DNA from: Ranitomeya imitator
Lineage: Eukaryota
Reading direction: 5' to 3'
DNA: 64,000 nucleotides
Assembly (NCBI RefSeq): GCF_032444005.1
Contig: NC_091285.1
Span: forward strand, 398,226,001-398,290,000
The notes below the pieces were generated by a model. The model worked only from the letters and a program-made list of their open reading frames with translations. It made no database searches and was not told the DNA's origin. Shown piece by piece: positions 11,127 through 24,700 of the stretch. A program made the translations under genes and the position numbers. Numbering within the stretch: the first letter of the stretch is position 1; the number at the start of each line of letters is the position of its first letter.

Positions 11127-14100
11127 CCCCTTCATGACCCAGCCTATTTTGACCTTAAAGACCTTGCCATTTTTTGCAATTCTGACCAGTGTCCCTTTAT
11201 GAGGTAATAACTCAGGAACGCTTCAACGGATCCTAGCGGTTCTGAGATTGTTTTTTCGTGACATATTGGGCTTCATGTTAGTGGTAAATTTAGGTCAATA
11301 AATTCTGCGTTTATTTGTGATAAAAACGGAAATTTGGCGAAAATTTTGAAAATTTTGCAATTTTCACATTTTTAATTTTTATTCTGTTAAACCAGAGAGT
11401 TATGTGACACAAAATAGTTAATAAATAACATTTCCCATATGTATACTTTACATCAGCACAATTTTGGAAACAACATTTGTTTTTGCTAGGAAGTTATAAG
11501 GGTTAAAATTTGACCAGCGATTTCTCATTTTTACAACGAAATTTACAAAACCATTTTTTTTTAGGGACCACCTCACATTTGAAGTCAGTTTGAGGGGTCT
11601 ATATGGCTGAAAATACCCAAAAGTGACACCATTCTAAAAATGCACCCCTCAAGGTGCACAAAACCACATTCAAGAAGTTTATTAACCCTTCAGGTACTTC
11701 ACAGCAGCAGAAGTAACATGGAAGGAAAAAATTAACATTTAACTTTTTAGTCACAAAAATTATCTTTTAGCAACAATTTTTTTATTTTCCCAATGGTAAA
11801 AGGAGAAACTGAACCACGAAAGTTGTTGTCCAATTTGTCCTGAGTACACTGATACCTCATATGTTGGGGTAAACCACTGTTTGGGCGCACGGCAGGGCTT
11901 GGAAGGGAAGGAGCGCCATTTGACTTTTTGAATGAAAAATTGGCTCCACTCTTTAGCGGACACCATGTCACGTTTGGAGAGCCCCTGTGTGCCTAAACAT
12001 TGGAGCTCCCCCACAAGTGACCCCATTTTGGAAACTAGACCCCCCAAGGAACTTATCTAGATGCATATTGAGCACTTTAAACCCCCAGGTGCTTCACAGA
12101 AGTTTATAACGCAAAGCCATGAAAATAAAAAAAAAAAATTATTTTCTCAAAAATGATCTTTTAGCCTGCAATTTTTTATTTTCCCAAGGGTAACAGGAGA
12201 AATTTCACCCCAAAAGTTGTTGTCCAGTTTCTCCCGAGTACGCGGATACCCCATGTGTGGGGGTAAACCACTGTTTGGGCACACGTCGGGGCTCAGAAGG
12301 GAAGTAGTGACTTTTGAAATGCAGACTTTGATGGAATGGTCTGCGGGCGTCACGTTGCGTTTGCAGAGCCCCTGGTGTGCCTAAACAGTAGAAACCGCCC
12401 ACAAGTGACCCCATTTTAGAAACTAGACCCCCCAAGGAACTTATCTAGATATGTGGTGAGCACTTTGAACCCCCAAGTGCTTCACAGACGTTTACAACGC
12501 AGAGCCGTGAAAATAAAAAAATCATTTTTCTTTCCTCAAAAATGATGTTTTAGCAAGCATTTTTTTATTTTCACAAGGGTAACAGGAGAAATTGGACCCC
12601 AGTAATTGTTGCGCAGTTTGTCCTGAGTATGCTGGTACCCCATATGTGGGGTTAAACCACTGTTTGGGCACACGTCGGGGCTCGGAAGTGAGGGAGCACC
12701 ATTTGACATTTTGAATACAAGATTGGCTGGAATCAATGGTGGCGCCATGTTGCGTTTGGAGACCCCTGATGTGCCTAAACAGTGGAAACCCCTCAATTCT
12801 ACCTCCAACACACCCCTAACCCTAATCCCAACTCTAGCCATAACCCTGATCACACCCCTAACCACAACCCTAATTCCAACCCTAACCCTAAGGCTATGTG
12901 CCCACGTTGCGGATTCGTGTGAGATTTTTCAGCATCATTTTTGAAAAATACGCGGGTAAAAGGCACTGCGTTTTACCTGCGGATTTACCATGGATGTCCA
13001 GTGTTTTTTGTGCGGATTTCACCTGTGGATTCCTATTGAGGAACAGGTGTAAAACGCTGCGGAATCCGCACAAAGAATTGACATGCTGCGGAAAATACAA
13101 CGCAGCGTTTCCGCGTGGTATTTTCAGCACCATGGGCACAGCGGATTTGGTTTTCCATAGGTTTACTTGGTACTGTAAACCTGATGGAAAACTGCTACGA
13201 ATCCGCAGCGGCCAATCCGCTGCATATCCGCAGCCAAATCCGCACCGTGTGCACATGGCCTAATTCTAAAGGTATGTGCACACGCTGCGGAAAACGCTGC
13301 GGATCCGCAGCAGTTTCCCATGAGTTTACAGTTCAATGTAAACCTATGGGAAACAAAAATCGCTGTACACATGCTGCAGAAAAACTGCACGGAAACGCAG
13401 CGGTTTACATTCCGCAGCATGTCACTTCTTTGTGCGGATTCCACAGCGGTTTTACAACTGCTCCAGTAGAAAATCGCAGTTGTAAAACCGCAATGAAATG
13501 CGCAGAAAAAACACGGTAAATCCGCCATAAATCCGCAGCGGTTTAGCACTGCGGATTTATGAAATCCGCAGCGGAAAAATCCGCAGAGGACCAGAATACG
13601 TGTGCACATATCGAAACCCTAACCCTAGCCCTAACCCTAGCCCTAACCCTATTCTAACATTAGTGGGAAAAAAAAAATTCTTTATTTTTTTATTGTCCCT
13701 ACCTATGGGGGTGACAAAGGGGGGGGGGGGGGTCATTTATTATTTTTTTTTATTTTGATCACTGTGATATAATCTATCTCAGTGATCAAAATGCACTTTG
13801 AACGAATCTGCCGGCCGGCAGATTCGGCGGGCGCACTGCGTATGCGCCCGCCATTTTGGAAGAGGGCGGCAACCAGGGAGAAGACGGACGGACCCCGGCA
13901 GGATCGGTAAGTATGATGGGGTGCGGGGGGAGGACGGGGGGGGGGGAAATCGGAGCATGGGGGGGTGGATCAGAACGCGGGAGGGGTGGAACGGAGCACC
14001 GGGGGGGTGGAACGGAGCACGGGGGGGGGGGGGGTGGAACGGAGCACGGGGGGTGGAACGGAGCACGGGGGGGGGGGGGTGGATCGGAGTGCAGGGGGGG

Positions 14101-14593
14101 GTGATTGGAGCACGGGGGGGGGGGGGGTGATTGGAGCACGGGGGTGAGCGGACAAGAGCACAGGGGGGGAGCGGAGCACAGGACGGAGGGGAGCGGGGCA
14201 GTGTACCGGGCAGATCGGAGGGCTGGGGGGCGATCGGTGGGGTGGGGTGGGGGCACATTAGTATTTCCAGCCATGGCCGATGATATTGCAGCATCGGGCA
14301 TGGCTGGATTGTAATATTTCACCCATTATAATAGGTGAAATATTACAAATCGCTCTGATTGGCTGTTGAAAGTGAAACTGCCAATCAGAGCGATCGTAGC
14401 CACGGGGGGGTGAAGCCACCCCCCCTGGGCTAAACTACCACTCCCCCTGTCCCTGCAGATCGGGTGAAATGGGAGTTAACCCTTTCACCCGATCTGCAGG
14501 GACGCGATCTTTCCATGACGCCACATAGGCGTCATGGGTCGGATTGGCACCGACTTTCATGACGCCTACGTGGCGTCATGGGTCGGGAAGGGG
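11127..14593. mobile_element. Non-autonomous piggyBac-type element, 3.47 kb
   Basis: TTAA|CCCCTTCATGACCC ... GGGTCGGGAAGGGG|TTAA. It has internal ~390-bp tandem duplications (about 11730-12790), CCCTAA-like tracts, a G-rich minisatellite (about 13980-14150) and no transposase ORF. Confidence 0.8.
12892..13260. mobile_element. Harbinger/PIF-type MITE nested in the piggyBac-type element
   Basis: TAA|GGCTATGTGCCCAC...GTGTGCACATGGCC|TAA. A related MITE follows at about 13270-13613. Confidence 0.7.
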
Positions 14594-14665
14594 TTAATAC
14601 AGAGGAGAGCACTCACTGGATATTGGTTGGAGCCTGCATTAACCAATGAAGGTTCTCCTTGGTAG

Positions 14666-14704
<39 letters not shown>

Positions 14705-14897
14705 ACACACCACAGCCAGTAAGCTCCCAACACAATCATATGTGACAGCAGTACCGTTTAGCACCCCATTCTCTGCAGGCTCAGCTGCTGCTACAGAGGA
14801 GGGATATTCCTTTACTTGTATGATGTCCTGCTCTTTCATTTTAGGCAAAACATTTTTTTGCCTTTATCTGTGTATGTGTGTACACACACACACACAC

Positions 14898-15480
14898 ACA
14901 CACGCGTAGAAGTTTGGGCACCCCTGGTCAAAATTACTGTTATTTTGAAGAGTTAAGCAAGTTGAAGATGATATTTTCTTTGTATTTTTTAGGGAAAAAA
15001 AAAAAATACATAAATCTTTGAAAGGTTAAAAATTATAAAAAAAGGAAAATGGGTCAGTGCAAAAGTTTGGGCACCCAGCATGGTTAGTAACTAGTAGCAC
15101 CGCCTTTTGCAAGTATCACAGCTTGTAAACACTTTTTGTAGTCAGCCAAGAGTCTTTCAATTCTAGTTTGGAGGGATTTTCATGCATTCCTCCTTGGAAA
15201 ATACTTCCAGTTCTGTGAGATTTCTGGGTCGTATTGCATGCACTAATGTTTGGAGGTTTAGCCACAGATTTTCAATGGTGTTTAGATCAGGGGACAATGA
15301 GGGCCAGTGTAAAACCTTCAGTTTGCACCTTTTGAGATTGTCTACTGTTGATTTTGGTGTGTGTTAAGGATCATCATACATTTGTAGAAGCCTTCCTCTT
15401 TTCAAATTCAGCATTTTTACAGATAGTGCTATGTTTGCATAAAGAATCTGTTGAAAATTTTCATTGAATCCATTCTACTC
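14898..15480 (-). mobile_element. Tc1 fragment (one end plus transposase C-terminus), degenerate
   Basis: Repeated aagtttgggcaccc direct-repeat motif. The minus strand carries remnants of AVILAKGGATSY-like sequence. Confidence 0.55.
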
Positions 15481-17052
15481 TAACAGTGAATAGAGACCAG
15501 CGAACTTTTTCAGAAAATGTTCAACAATCTCAAATTTTGGCACAAACGTAGCACATTCGGATTCATGTTCACTTTCATAAGCAAGGTTACTCAAAGTAGG
15601 CAAAATCTGGTCACAGTACAGTAAATCATTGTGTTTCCCCTAATGTTTTTGTTATTACTTTGGCAAAAATAGTGGTGCTGTACGAAGATCGGGGTTATAG
15701 GGCAACGTGTTTGAGGGGATGTGGTGTGGAGAGGTTAGAGGAGCAGCACGCTTGATTTTCCACCTTAACTTTGTGTTGATTCCGGTAGCCTATCAGGGCT
15801 CAGAACACAATCATCGTCATGACACAAGATCTTCTGTGTTTGGTTGCCGAAGTCACATGTCCCTGACCATATAAAAAGCGGACATCTTGGTTTGATGGCG
15901 CCATTGTCTCAGTGTCACAGTGCAGAACGATCGCTCCTGCGCTGGTGCTGCTGAAAGTGAACTTGTCAGTTAACCAGATAGGATCCTGTCGTGTGTGAAA
16001 TCGATCTTCCAGCATCGAACTAGATTGTGCAAAAACTGTTTGGCCATCTCCAGAGGTCCCATATGCTACTCCAAATAGTTTGTGATAAAACGGTGTTTCA
16101 GTGACAAATCAGAAGGCCAGATTTCCACTTAAAAATGGTTAGGTATAACAGTGTTGTTCAGGCACACTATCAAAGAATATAAATAGTGATTGTTTATTTA
16201 GTGACAGAAGACTGACAGCTGTGGGCCTAAGGTTGTGCGTCTGAACGGCCCCATATAGGGTTAGTGGCTATTATGCTCTTATAACGGATTTTAAAAATTT
16301 TCAAATCAACATTCATTTTATGGGATTTCTGGAGATAGATCCTTTTTTTCTGGCCGTCTGACCTCACATGCAGTCTTGCAGACAGCGCCTGTGCGGCCAG
16401 TACTAAACAGCGCAGGTGCCGGATTTCATGGGAAAACAGCACGGAGGGGGTGGCGCCCCAGAAGAATTGAGTGACGGCAGTGTGGCGTTTCCAGCAGGGG
16501 GGTTAAGATCTGCCTCCCTATCTAAAGAAAGGTATTTTTGCAAAATTATATAACGCTTTATTTTGGCAATAACTGCACCAAAAACTAAAAGAGCCACCTT
16601 GTCAGAATGCAGCATTACTGCTGCACAAGGTGGCTCTTTTAGTTTATAACGGCTGGCGGGGGTGACAGTGGCCCTTTAATTCCTTTTTCTTGCTACTCAT
16701 GTTACAAACAATTTGCTGAAGTGTGGAGACTGTTGGGTCTCCATCTGGTGGGTTGCCTGTAGTAGGAGGTGTGTCAGAGGCCTATTATACGGTTTTATAC
16801 TCTGTGGAAATTGATGCCATTTTAGTGATGGTGTGTGACAATTATTCTTTGAAATGTGGAGACTCCAAGTTGGGTCTCCGTCTTGTGGGTTGCCTGTGCA
16901 AGTAGGGCTCCCAGACAGCTGCAGTTACTTTGTCAACCACCTGTGTTCCCTTTCTTACAATTGTCCACCAATATTACTGTATGAAACTGATGTTTGTGCC
17001 ATCTGAGTGTGGCTGGAATAGAAAAAAAAAAAAACACACACACACACACACA

Positions 17053-18586
17053 CACAGCTCAAAAAAATAAAGGGAACACTTAAATAACAGAATATGACTC
17101 CAAGTAAATCAAGCTTCTGTGAAGTCAAACTGTCCACTTAGGAAGCAACACTGTTTGACAATCAATTTCACATGCTGTTGTGCAAATGGAATAGACAACA
17201 GATGGAAATTTTTGGCTATTATCAAGACACCTTCTATAAAGGAGTGGTTCTGCAGGTGGGGACCACAGACCACATCTCAGTACCAATGCTTTCTGGCTGA
17301 TGTTTTGGTCACTTTTGAATGTTGGTTGTGTTTTCACACTCGTGGTAGCATGAGACGGACTCTACAACCCACACAAGTTGTTCAGGTAGTGCAGCTCATC
17401 CAGGATGGCACATCAATGTGAGCTGTTGCTAGAAGATTTGCTGTGTCTGTCAGCGTAGTGTCCAGAGGCTGGAGGCACTACCAGGAGACAGGCCCGTACA
17501 CCAGGAGACGTGGAGGGGCCGTAGGAGGGCAACAACCCAGCAGCAGGACCACTACCTCAGCCTTTGTGCAAGGAGGAACAGGAGGAGCTCTGCCTGAGAT
17601 CTGCAAAATGATCTTGAGCAGGCCACAAATGTACATGTGTCTGCACAAACGGTTAAAAACCGACTCCGTGAGGATGGTCTGAGTGCCCGATGTCCACAGA
17701 TGGGGGTTGTACTCACAGCCCAACACCGTGCAGGACGCTTGGCATTTGCCACAGAACACCAGGATTGTCAAATTCGCCACTGGCGCCCTGTGCTCTTCAC
17801 AGATGACAGCAGGTTCACATGTGAGCACATGTGCCAGATGTGACAGAGTCTGGAGACGCCGTGGAGAGCGAACTGCTGCCTGCAACATCCTTTAGCATGA
17901 CCGGTTTGGCAGTGGGTCAGTAATGGTGTGGGGTGGCATTTCTTTGGAGAGCAGCACAGCCCTCCATGTGCTCGCCAGAGGTAGTCTGACTGCCATTAGG
18001 TACCTAGATGAGATCCTCAGACCCCTTGTGAGACCATAGGCATGTGCGGTTGGCCCTGGGTTCCTCCTAATGCAGGACAATGCCAGACCTTATGTGGCTG
18101 GAGTGTGTCAGCAATTCCTGTAAGATGAAGGCATTGCAGCTATGGACTGGCCCACCCGTTCCCCAGACCTGAATCCGATTGAACACATCTGGGACATCAT
18201 GTCTCGCAACATCCACCAATGTCACATTGCACCACAGACTGTCGAGGAGTTGGCGGATGCTTTAGGCCAGGTCAGGGGAGGAGATCCCTCAGGAGACCAT
18301 CCGCAGCCTCATCAGGAGGATGCCCAGGCATTGTAGGGAGGTTATACAGGCACATGGCGGCCACACACACTACTAAGCATCATTTCCGTGTCTTGAGGCA
18401 TTTCCACTGAAGTTGGATCAGCCTCTAACTTCATTTTTCACTTTGATTTTGAGCATCATTCCAACTCCAGACCTCCGTGTGATATTAGTTGTGATTTATG
18501 TTCATCATTTTTAGGTTTTATTGTTCTCAACACATTCCACTATGTAATGAATAAAGATTTACAACTGGAATATTTGATTCAGTGAT
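17053..18586 (+). mobile_element. Tc1 element, degenerate, right TIR missing
   Basis: Left TIR cacagctcaaaaaaataaagggaacac. Broken transposase with WRPVLFTDDSRF, QDNARP and WPTRSPDLNPIEHIWD. Confidence 0.85.
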
Positions 18587-18589
18587 AGA

Positions 18590-21515
18590 GGATGAGATAT
18601 ATATATATGATATAGATAGAAACCGCTATGACGTTGTTCGAAATAATTTTCACACTACGATCCCTGACCGTATCTTGGCATAGTTGTAGAGTCTCCCATA
18701 TCGCCTTTAGTTCTCTGTAATTGGAGGATCTTCCCTGCTCTTCCAGGGACCATGTACCCTGCAGGTATCGTCCTTCCACTTCAGCGCCAAATCCTTTCAG
18801 ACATTCGTCGGTGGGGATACGGACAGAGAGAAAGGATCCATGGTACTCCTTCCCAGAGATTGTTCCTGGATGTACACCACGACAGGGAATTCTTTAGATT
18901 GGCCGAGATTCTCATTTTCCTGTCTAGGCCGGAGGTATGTCTGTTGCAGACTGATGGGACCGTAACTCGTAGCTGTCTTGAGTGGGCCTGACTCCATCTT
19001 ACGCCTGGGATGAGGGATGTCATCAGGCCTAGGACCCTCATAGCATATCTGATGGAAAGTCTTGTTCCTCTGTAATACCCGGATCCTGCTTCTGAGCTCC
19101 TCCTGCTTTACGAGGGGAAGGGAAGACATCCTGCCATGGTAAATCGAGGAGGACTCCTAAAAACCCCTTCTGGGTACCTGGAAGTAGATTGGATTTTTCC
19201 CAGTTGACGCGCCAACCCAGACCCTCTAGAATGTCAATAGTCTGAGACAGCTGCTGATTGAGGAGGAAAGCAGAGTACGCTACTACACTGTGTTCCAAAT
19301 TATTACGCAAATTGGATTTAAGTGTCATAAATATTTAATTGTTTTGCTTTTCAAATAAACTTGTCGATGTTATTGTGTCTCAGGGCTCAATGGATCACTA
19401 AAATCAATCTTAAACACATGTGATAATGGGTTTGCCAGGTGATTCTAATTAAAGGAAAACTACTTAAAAATGATGTTCCACATTATTAAGGAGGCCACAG
19501 GTTTCAAGCAATATGGAAAACAAAAAGGATCTCTCTGCTGCTGAAAAGCATTAAATAGTGAAATGCCTTAGACAAGGTATGAAAACATTAGATATTTCAC
19601 GAAAACTTGAGTGATCATCATACTGTGAAGAGACTTGTGACTGAAACAGAGCACAGACAGAGTTCATGCAGATAAAGGTATAATGAGGAAGGTTTCTGCC
19701 AGACAAATTCATTGGATTAAGAGTGCAGTTGCCAAAACACCATGACAAAGCAGTAAACAGCTCTTTGAAGCTGCTGTTGACTCTGAAGTCCCTCGAACCT
19801 CAAGGTGTAGGATACTTCAAAGGATTGCTGTGGTGCATAAACCTACTATTCGGCCACCCCTAAAAAGTGTTCACTAGCAGTGGGCCCATACATACATGAA
19901 GACTAATTTTCAAACAGTCTTGTTTACTGATGAGTGTCAAGCAGCCCTGGATGGTCCAGATGGATGGAGTAGTGGATGGTTGGTGGATGGCCATCATGTC
20001 CCAACAAGGCTGCGATGTCAGCAAGGAGGTGGAGGAGTCATGTTTTGGGCCAGAATCATTAGGAAACAGCTGGTAGGGCCCTTGAAGGTTCCTGAAGGTG
20101 TGAAAATGACCTCTGCAAAGTATATAGAGTTTCTGACTGACAACTTTCTTCCATGGTATAAAAAAAAGAAACGTGCCTTCAGGAGCAAAATCATCTTCAT
20201 GCATGACAATGCACCATCTCATGCTGCAAAGAATACCTCAGAGTCATTGGCTGCTATGGGCATAAAAGGAGATAAACTCATGGTGTGGCCACCATCTTCC
20301 CCAGACGTCAACCCTATAAAGAACTTTTGGAGTATCATCAAGCAAAAGATCTATGAGGGTGGGAGGCAGTTCACATCAAAACAGCAGCTCTGGGAGGCTA
20401 TTCTGACTTCATGCAAAGAAATATAAAGCAGAAACTCTCCATAAACTCACAAGTTCAATGGATGCAAGAATTGTGAAGGTGATATCAAAGAAGGGGTCCT
20501 ATGTTAACATGTAACTTGGCCTGTTAGGATGTTTTGGAGTGAAATAGGTTTTTTGTTCAGTGAATGTGACCGCCTAATGCTGCAAATTCCAAAAATGAGC
20601 ATTTTCAGTTCTTTAAAATATATCAATGTTTAGAAATTCTACTGTGCCTAATAATTTGGAACAGTGCATTGTGAGTTTTTATTCATTTTGGAGATTATAC
20701 TGTTATCATTGGGAGGTTTCTTCAATAAAATTCGATGTATACTTTAACGGGTGGTGACTTATTAGACTGACTCATTTGCAGCGAACATTTAGGAAAATCA
20801 GAGAAAAATGTCATTTGCATAATAATTTGGAACATGGTGTAGAAGGATGTCATCTAAGTATGGAACCACAATAATTCCTTTCCTCCTCAGAAAGGCTGCC
20901 ACCTCCATCATTATCTTCTTAAAGATATGAGGAGCTGAGGCTAGGCCAAGTGGAAGGCATGTGAACTGGAAATGGCGTCTTGCTCCCTGATGGTCTAGTG
21001 CTAAGTGATAGAGATGCATACTAAGATCTAATGTGCACATGGCAGAGTCCTTCCCTATCAACTGAATGCTTGATTTTATCGTCTGCATTTTTAATTTTTT
21101 GCACCTGGCCGATTGATTCAGGGGTTTTAAGTTTATAATGGTACGATATTTCCCCAAGTGCTTTTTTAAAGAAAAGGGAGGAATAGTAACCCTGATCTAA
21201 CTCTGAAATAGGTACCGGCTCGACTGCTCCTAATTCTAAGAGGTTCCTGTCATCCACCCAGAGTATTCAAGGCAAAGAGGGATTGGGGTTTGGCGGTGCA
21301 AAAACCGTTGAGGAGGGAGATAGAAGTCTATCCTGTGTCCTTCTTCTATGGTCTGCAGGATCCAATGATTGTCTGTAATGGTCTGCCATTTTTCCAGAAA
21401 AAACTGCAGTCTCCCTTCTAGCTTCAAGATCTCCTCTGTGGGCTGGAAGATAACTGGGTGGATCTACCTCTCCTCCCCCTTGGGGTAACTCCACCTACCG
21501 TCTTTCCCTTACCCA
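18590..21515 (-). mobile_element. DIRS RT/RNaseH fragment split by a Tc1
   Basis: RTIINLKPLN, LPLGLASAPHIF, PYLDDILL, LGWRVNWEKS and SSNYRELKAI motifs. Many frameshifts. Confidence 0.85.
19286..20839 (+). mobile_element. Tc1 element with both TIRs, degenerate transposase
   Basis: TA|CACTGTGTTCCAAATTATT...AATAATTTGGAACATGGTG|TA. ORF remnant has LFTDE, MHDNAPSH and WPPSSPDVNPIKN. Confidence 0.9.
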
Positions 21516-22426
21516 TAGGATATGTGCACACGTTGCGGATTCCATTGCGGGGAGCAGCCATCTCTGCGACACATACTTCCCATTGACTACACGGCCATTA
21601 GCATCCTTAGAAGAGGAAATTGAAATTCTGATGTTTTGATTTTTTTCCCCGCATTACGGCGTTTACCAATTGAGTTAGTTAATTATATATTTTGATAGAT
21701 CAGACTTTTACTAATATTGGGAGGTAGAAGGGCGATTTTGTTTTTTTTCATTAAAAAAAAAAAAAAAAAACACTGATACAATACTTGACTATTTTGAAGC
21801 TCCCCTTAGAAAATTTGAACTTGACTTTTGCTATACACAGCAATACTGCGTTATTGCAACGTATCGTACAAGTGATCGTCCAATGGCATGGTCTCTTATG
21901 AGTGTCATGTCACGGGCTGGCTTTCATAGAAGAACTATCATAACAGGCACAGGGATCTTCAGTAGACTCCAGGTTGTGATGGCAAGTTACTGGCACCCTA
22001 CGATTGTCTTGCGGGGGTGAGAGGGGGATTTGGCAGTTCGAACAATCTCTGACATTTAACAGTTTAAACAGCTACAGGAGCAGTGTGGATCAGGCCAGCA
22101 TGCCTCCCCATTAAACTATCACAGGTTTGAAGACAGCACACTTGACAGCCACTCTTCCCCACTGCAATTGGTGACCATTGGATTTCCCTAGATCCAATAT
22201 TTAATCACTTTTCCCATAAATAGGTGGGAAATCCTAATAGCGGGAATTCCCTTTAAAATGCAAAAAAACTAGTAACTGGCTTTACTGAATGAATGTGGGC
22301 ATTACGAATCTCGCTAGAGGTCCATGTAAAGTCAGGTCACTTTTGCACTAATGCTGGTTTGTTAGTGGTGGGTTTCCCTTGAGAGGAAGAAGAATAAGAT
22401 CAAAGAAGATGGAGAATAAAACTTAC

Positions 22427-22557
22427 TTTACTAGATGTAGTATACAGAGGGGGTTTTCTGCAGTTATCCCATTCTTCTTAAGATCATCATCAACTTCCAC
22501 TATAGCCTGTGCATCTTTTGCAAGATACCGGTGATACAATTTCTTCCATCTAATAAA
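22427..22557 (-). CDS. FBH1: FBH1 exon (FIRWKKLYHRYL...PLCILHLV)
   Basis: Translated by hand (not in the ORF track); matches FBH1 F(I)PWKKLYHRYL. Acceptor is tttttccag| and donor is AA|GTAAGT. 131 bp, phase 0 to 2. Confidence 0.95.
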
Positions 22558-23252
22558 CTGGAAAAATAAACAGTAAGTTACAAGCATAAGAAAATATTAT
22601 AAGAGGTAGTCACGTAAATACAGGGAAAAAAACAAACAAAAAAGACAAAATCTGATCACGTCGCTGCGCAGATGTAAAGAAAAGCGAGAGCAGAAAAGAA
22701 CAGACGTTTGATGTTACATTGACACAAGTGGTACCAGCTGCACCACTGACATGCGATAGCCATCTATATACACACACAGACATACATCTCCAGTGAAGAA
22801 GTACAGTGGCACTCACCACTGATTTATCCACAGGAATTTAATCGGCTGTAGATTTTTGCAAAGACAATATAAACTGTTTCACATGTATTCACAGTTCTGC
22901 CGGCACGTGAAGGGAAACGGGCATGTGAAAAAAAATGCCATTTACCTGCAGATATGGGGTTAATCTGCAAGTTAATGGCAGCTGCACTTATCTCTCTGCT
23001 GGCAGGAGGAAATTACCTCTATTCCTCCCAGAGGCGTTTGCCTTCCAGTCAGAGGTGGCACCACGGTTTCAGTTATCTCTCAGAGTATAGAGATAAGAAG
23101 CTGTAACCGTGTCCCTGACCTTGTCCCTAATGCTGAGCCGGCTGTCCGTCAGTGCCCAGAGTGCGGTTACAGCTACCACTCTGTATGCACAGAGTAGTGG
23201 CAGAAACCATTTCAGAAACACACTTTGGGTGAATAAACTACAACAAGTCTTA

Positions 23253-23432
23253 GGCCGGGGTCACACTTACGAGTGCAATGCGAGTCTCTCGCATCAATTC
23301 CCGACACTGCCGCCAGAACATGGGACCGATGAGTTCAGCTACATAGAAATACATGCAGCCGCACACTCCGGTCCCGAGTGCCAGGAATTGATGCGAGTTT
23401 CTCGTCTTCCACTCGCAAGTGTGACCCCGGCC
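23253..23432. mobile_element. Harbinger-type MITE
   Basis: TTA|GGCCGGGGTCACACTT...AAGTGTGACCCCGGCC|TTA. Confidence 0.8.
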
Positions 23433-23692
23433 TTAAAGCGCAACTGTGGGTTTCAGTTTCAGGTCAAATCAATAGAACACCTGAAAATAAGCAAGTTTAG
23501 AAGTTGATTTTTCTGATAAAATATATTCCTTTTTTCCTAGCTTGATCTTTCACTCTCCATTGAGGGGTAAAGTCTGTTTTCAGTGACAGATTATAACAAT
23601 ACAGAGATAGGAGACGACAGTTGGGGCTCTAGAATTCTATGAAGGACAGAGGAGGAAGGAGCTAGAGACAGTCACAGTTCTCCATAGTATTT

Positions 23693-24290
23693 TATTATAC
23701 CACAACCCTGATGACAATCTGCATCAGAAACATGAAGAGATCAAAAAATAAAAAAAATATATAATTTATAAATAATTAAAATCCAACAATGCAATAAGAG
23801 AAAAGCAATAAATAGCGGAATGTCTCACAAGAGATGCCACACCGTAAGAACAATGAATGGTTACTTCAAATAATGATGTATATACAGCAAGGTGACACAC
23901 TCCCCTCACAGTTAGGCATTTGCTTACAAGGGGTTGGAGACTGCTTTTGCCATTTGGGATTTATTGTGGGTCATTATCATTGGGAGTCTTGCTTTTCTTT
24001 TTTGCATGTTTTTAATAGAATATATTATATATCGCATTACACCTCTATGAAAGACCTTATGATATGCATTAGCACCTTGCTGTATATACACATCATTATT
24101 TGAATTGATCATTCATTTTCCTTATTTTGTGACGTCTCTTGTTGTGAGACATTCCGCCATTTATGGCTTTTCTTTGATTGCATTGTTGGATTTTAATTAT
24201 TGATAATAATAACTTTTATATATTTTGTTCTTTTTGGATCTCTTCATGTTTCTGCTGTAGATTGTCATCAGGATTGTGGTATAATTATAG
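23693..24290. repeat. Old ~600-bp imperfect inverted repeat
   Basis: Arms such as ctgatgacaatct...agaaacatgaagagatc versus gatctcttcatgtttct...agattgtcatcag, and tatatacagcaaggtg versus caccttgctgtatata. Confidence 0.7.
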
Positions 24291-24329
24291 ATTTGAAGTG
24301 CCAATCCTATATGTACTCTGGACGTTCTT

Positions 24330-24700
24330 GTGCCAAAATACAGTATTTTATAAGCACCGATTGTCTTCTTAGTACTGGGAAGGTCTGAATTCTCCTGGAG
24401 ATAGGTTTGACCCATGAGTTGAGAATTTGGGGAATTTGTCAGCCAATGAGTGGAACCAAGCAGATTCTCTGATTACATTACAAAGTTTCTCTTCATATGA
24501 TGTGGAACTGTCCTAACTTGGTGTCCTTTTGGAAGAGAGTATTGCAGCAATGATTAATAGGGTTTATTCAATTGACGTAGAGCTTTCACCATTAGTATGT
24601 ATATCGGGATATGTTGAAGATCTGTCTATTGATGAGTACGGCAAAATTGCGGCGGCACGTATGTTATATGTGGCAAGAAAATTGGTAGCAGATCAGGAGC
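24330..24700 (+). mobile_element. L1-clade ORF2 3' fragment, degenerate
   Basis: LHMMWNCPNLVSFW (zinc-knuckle region) followed by PLVCISGYV...RMLYVARKLVA. Confidence 0.65.

Noticed and set aside
12810-13655. Ancient telomere fusion site
   Set aside because: The repeats are short, degenerate, in one orientation and internal to a TIR element.
13779-14322. Pro-rich and Gly-rich ORFs of up to 178 aa
   Set aside because: They are translations of a G-run minisatellite inside the piggyBac-type element.
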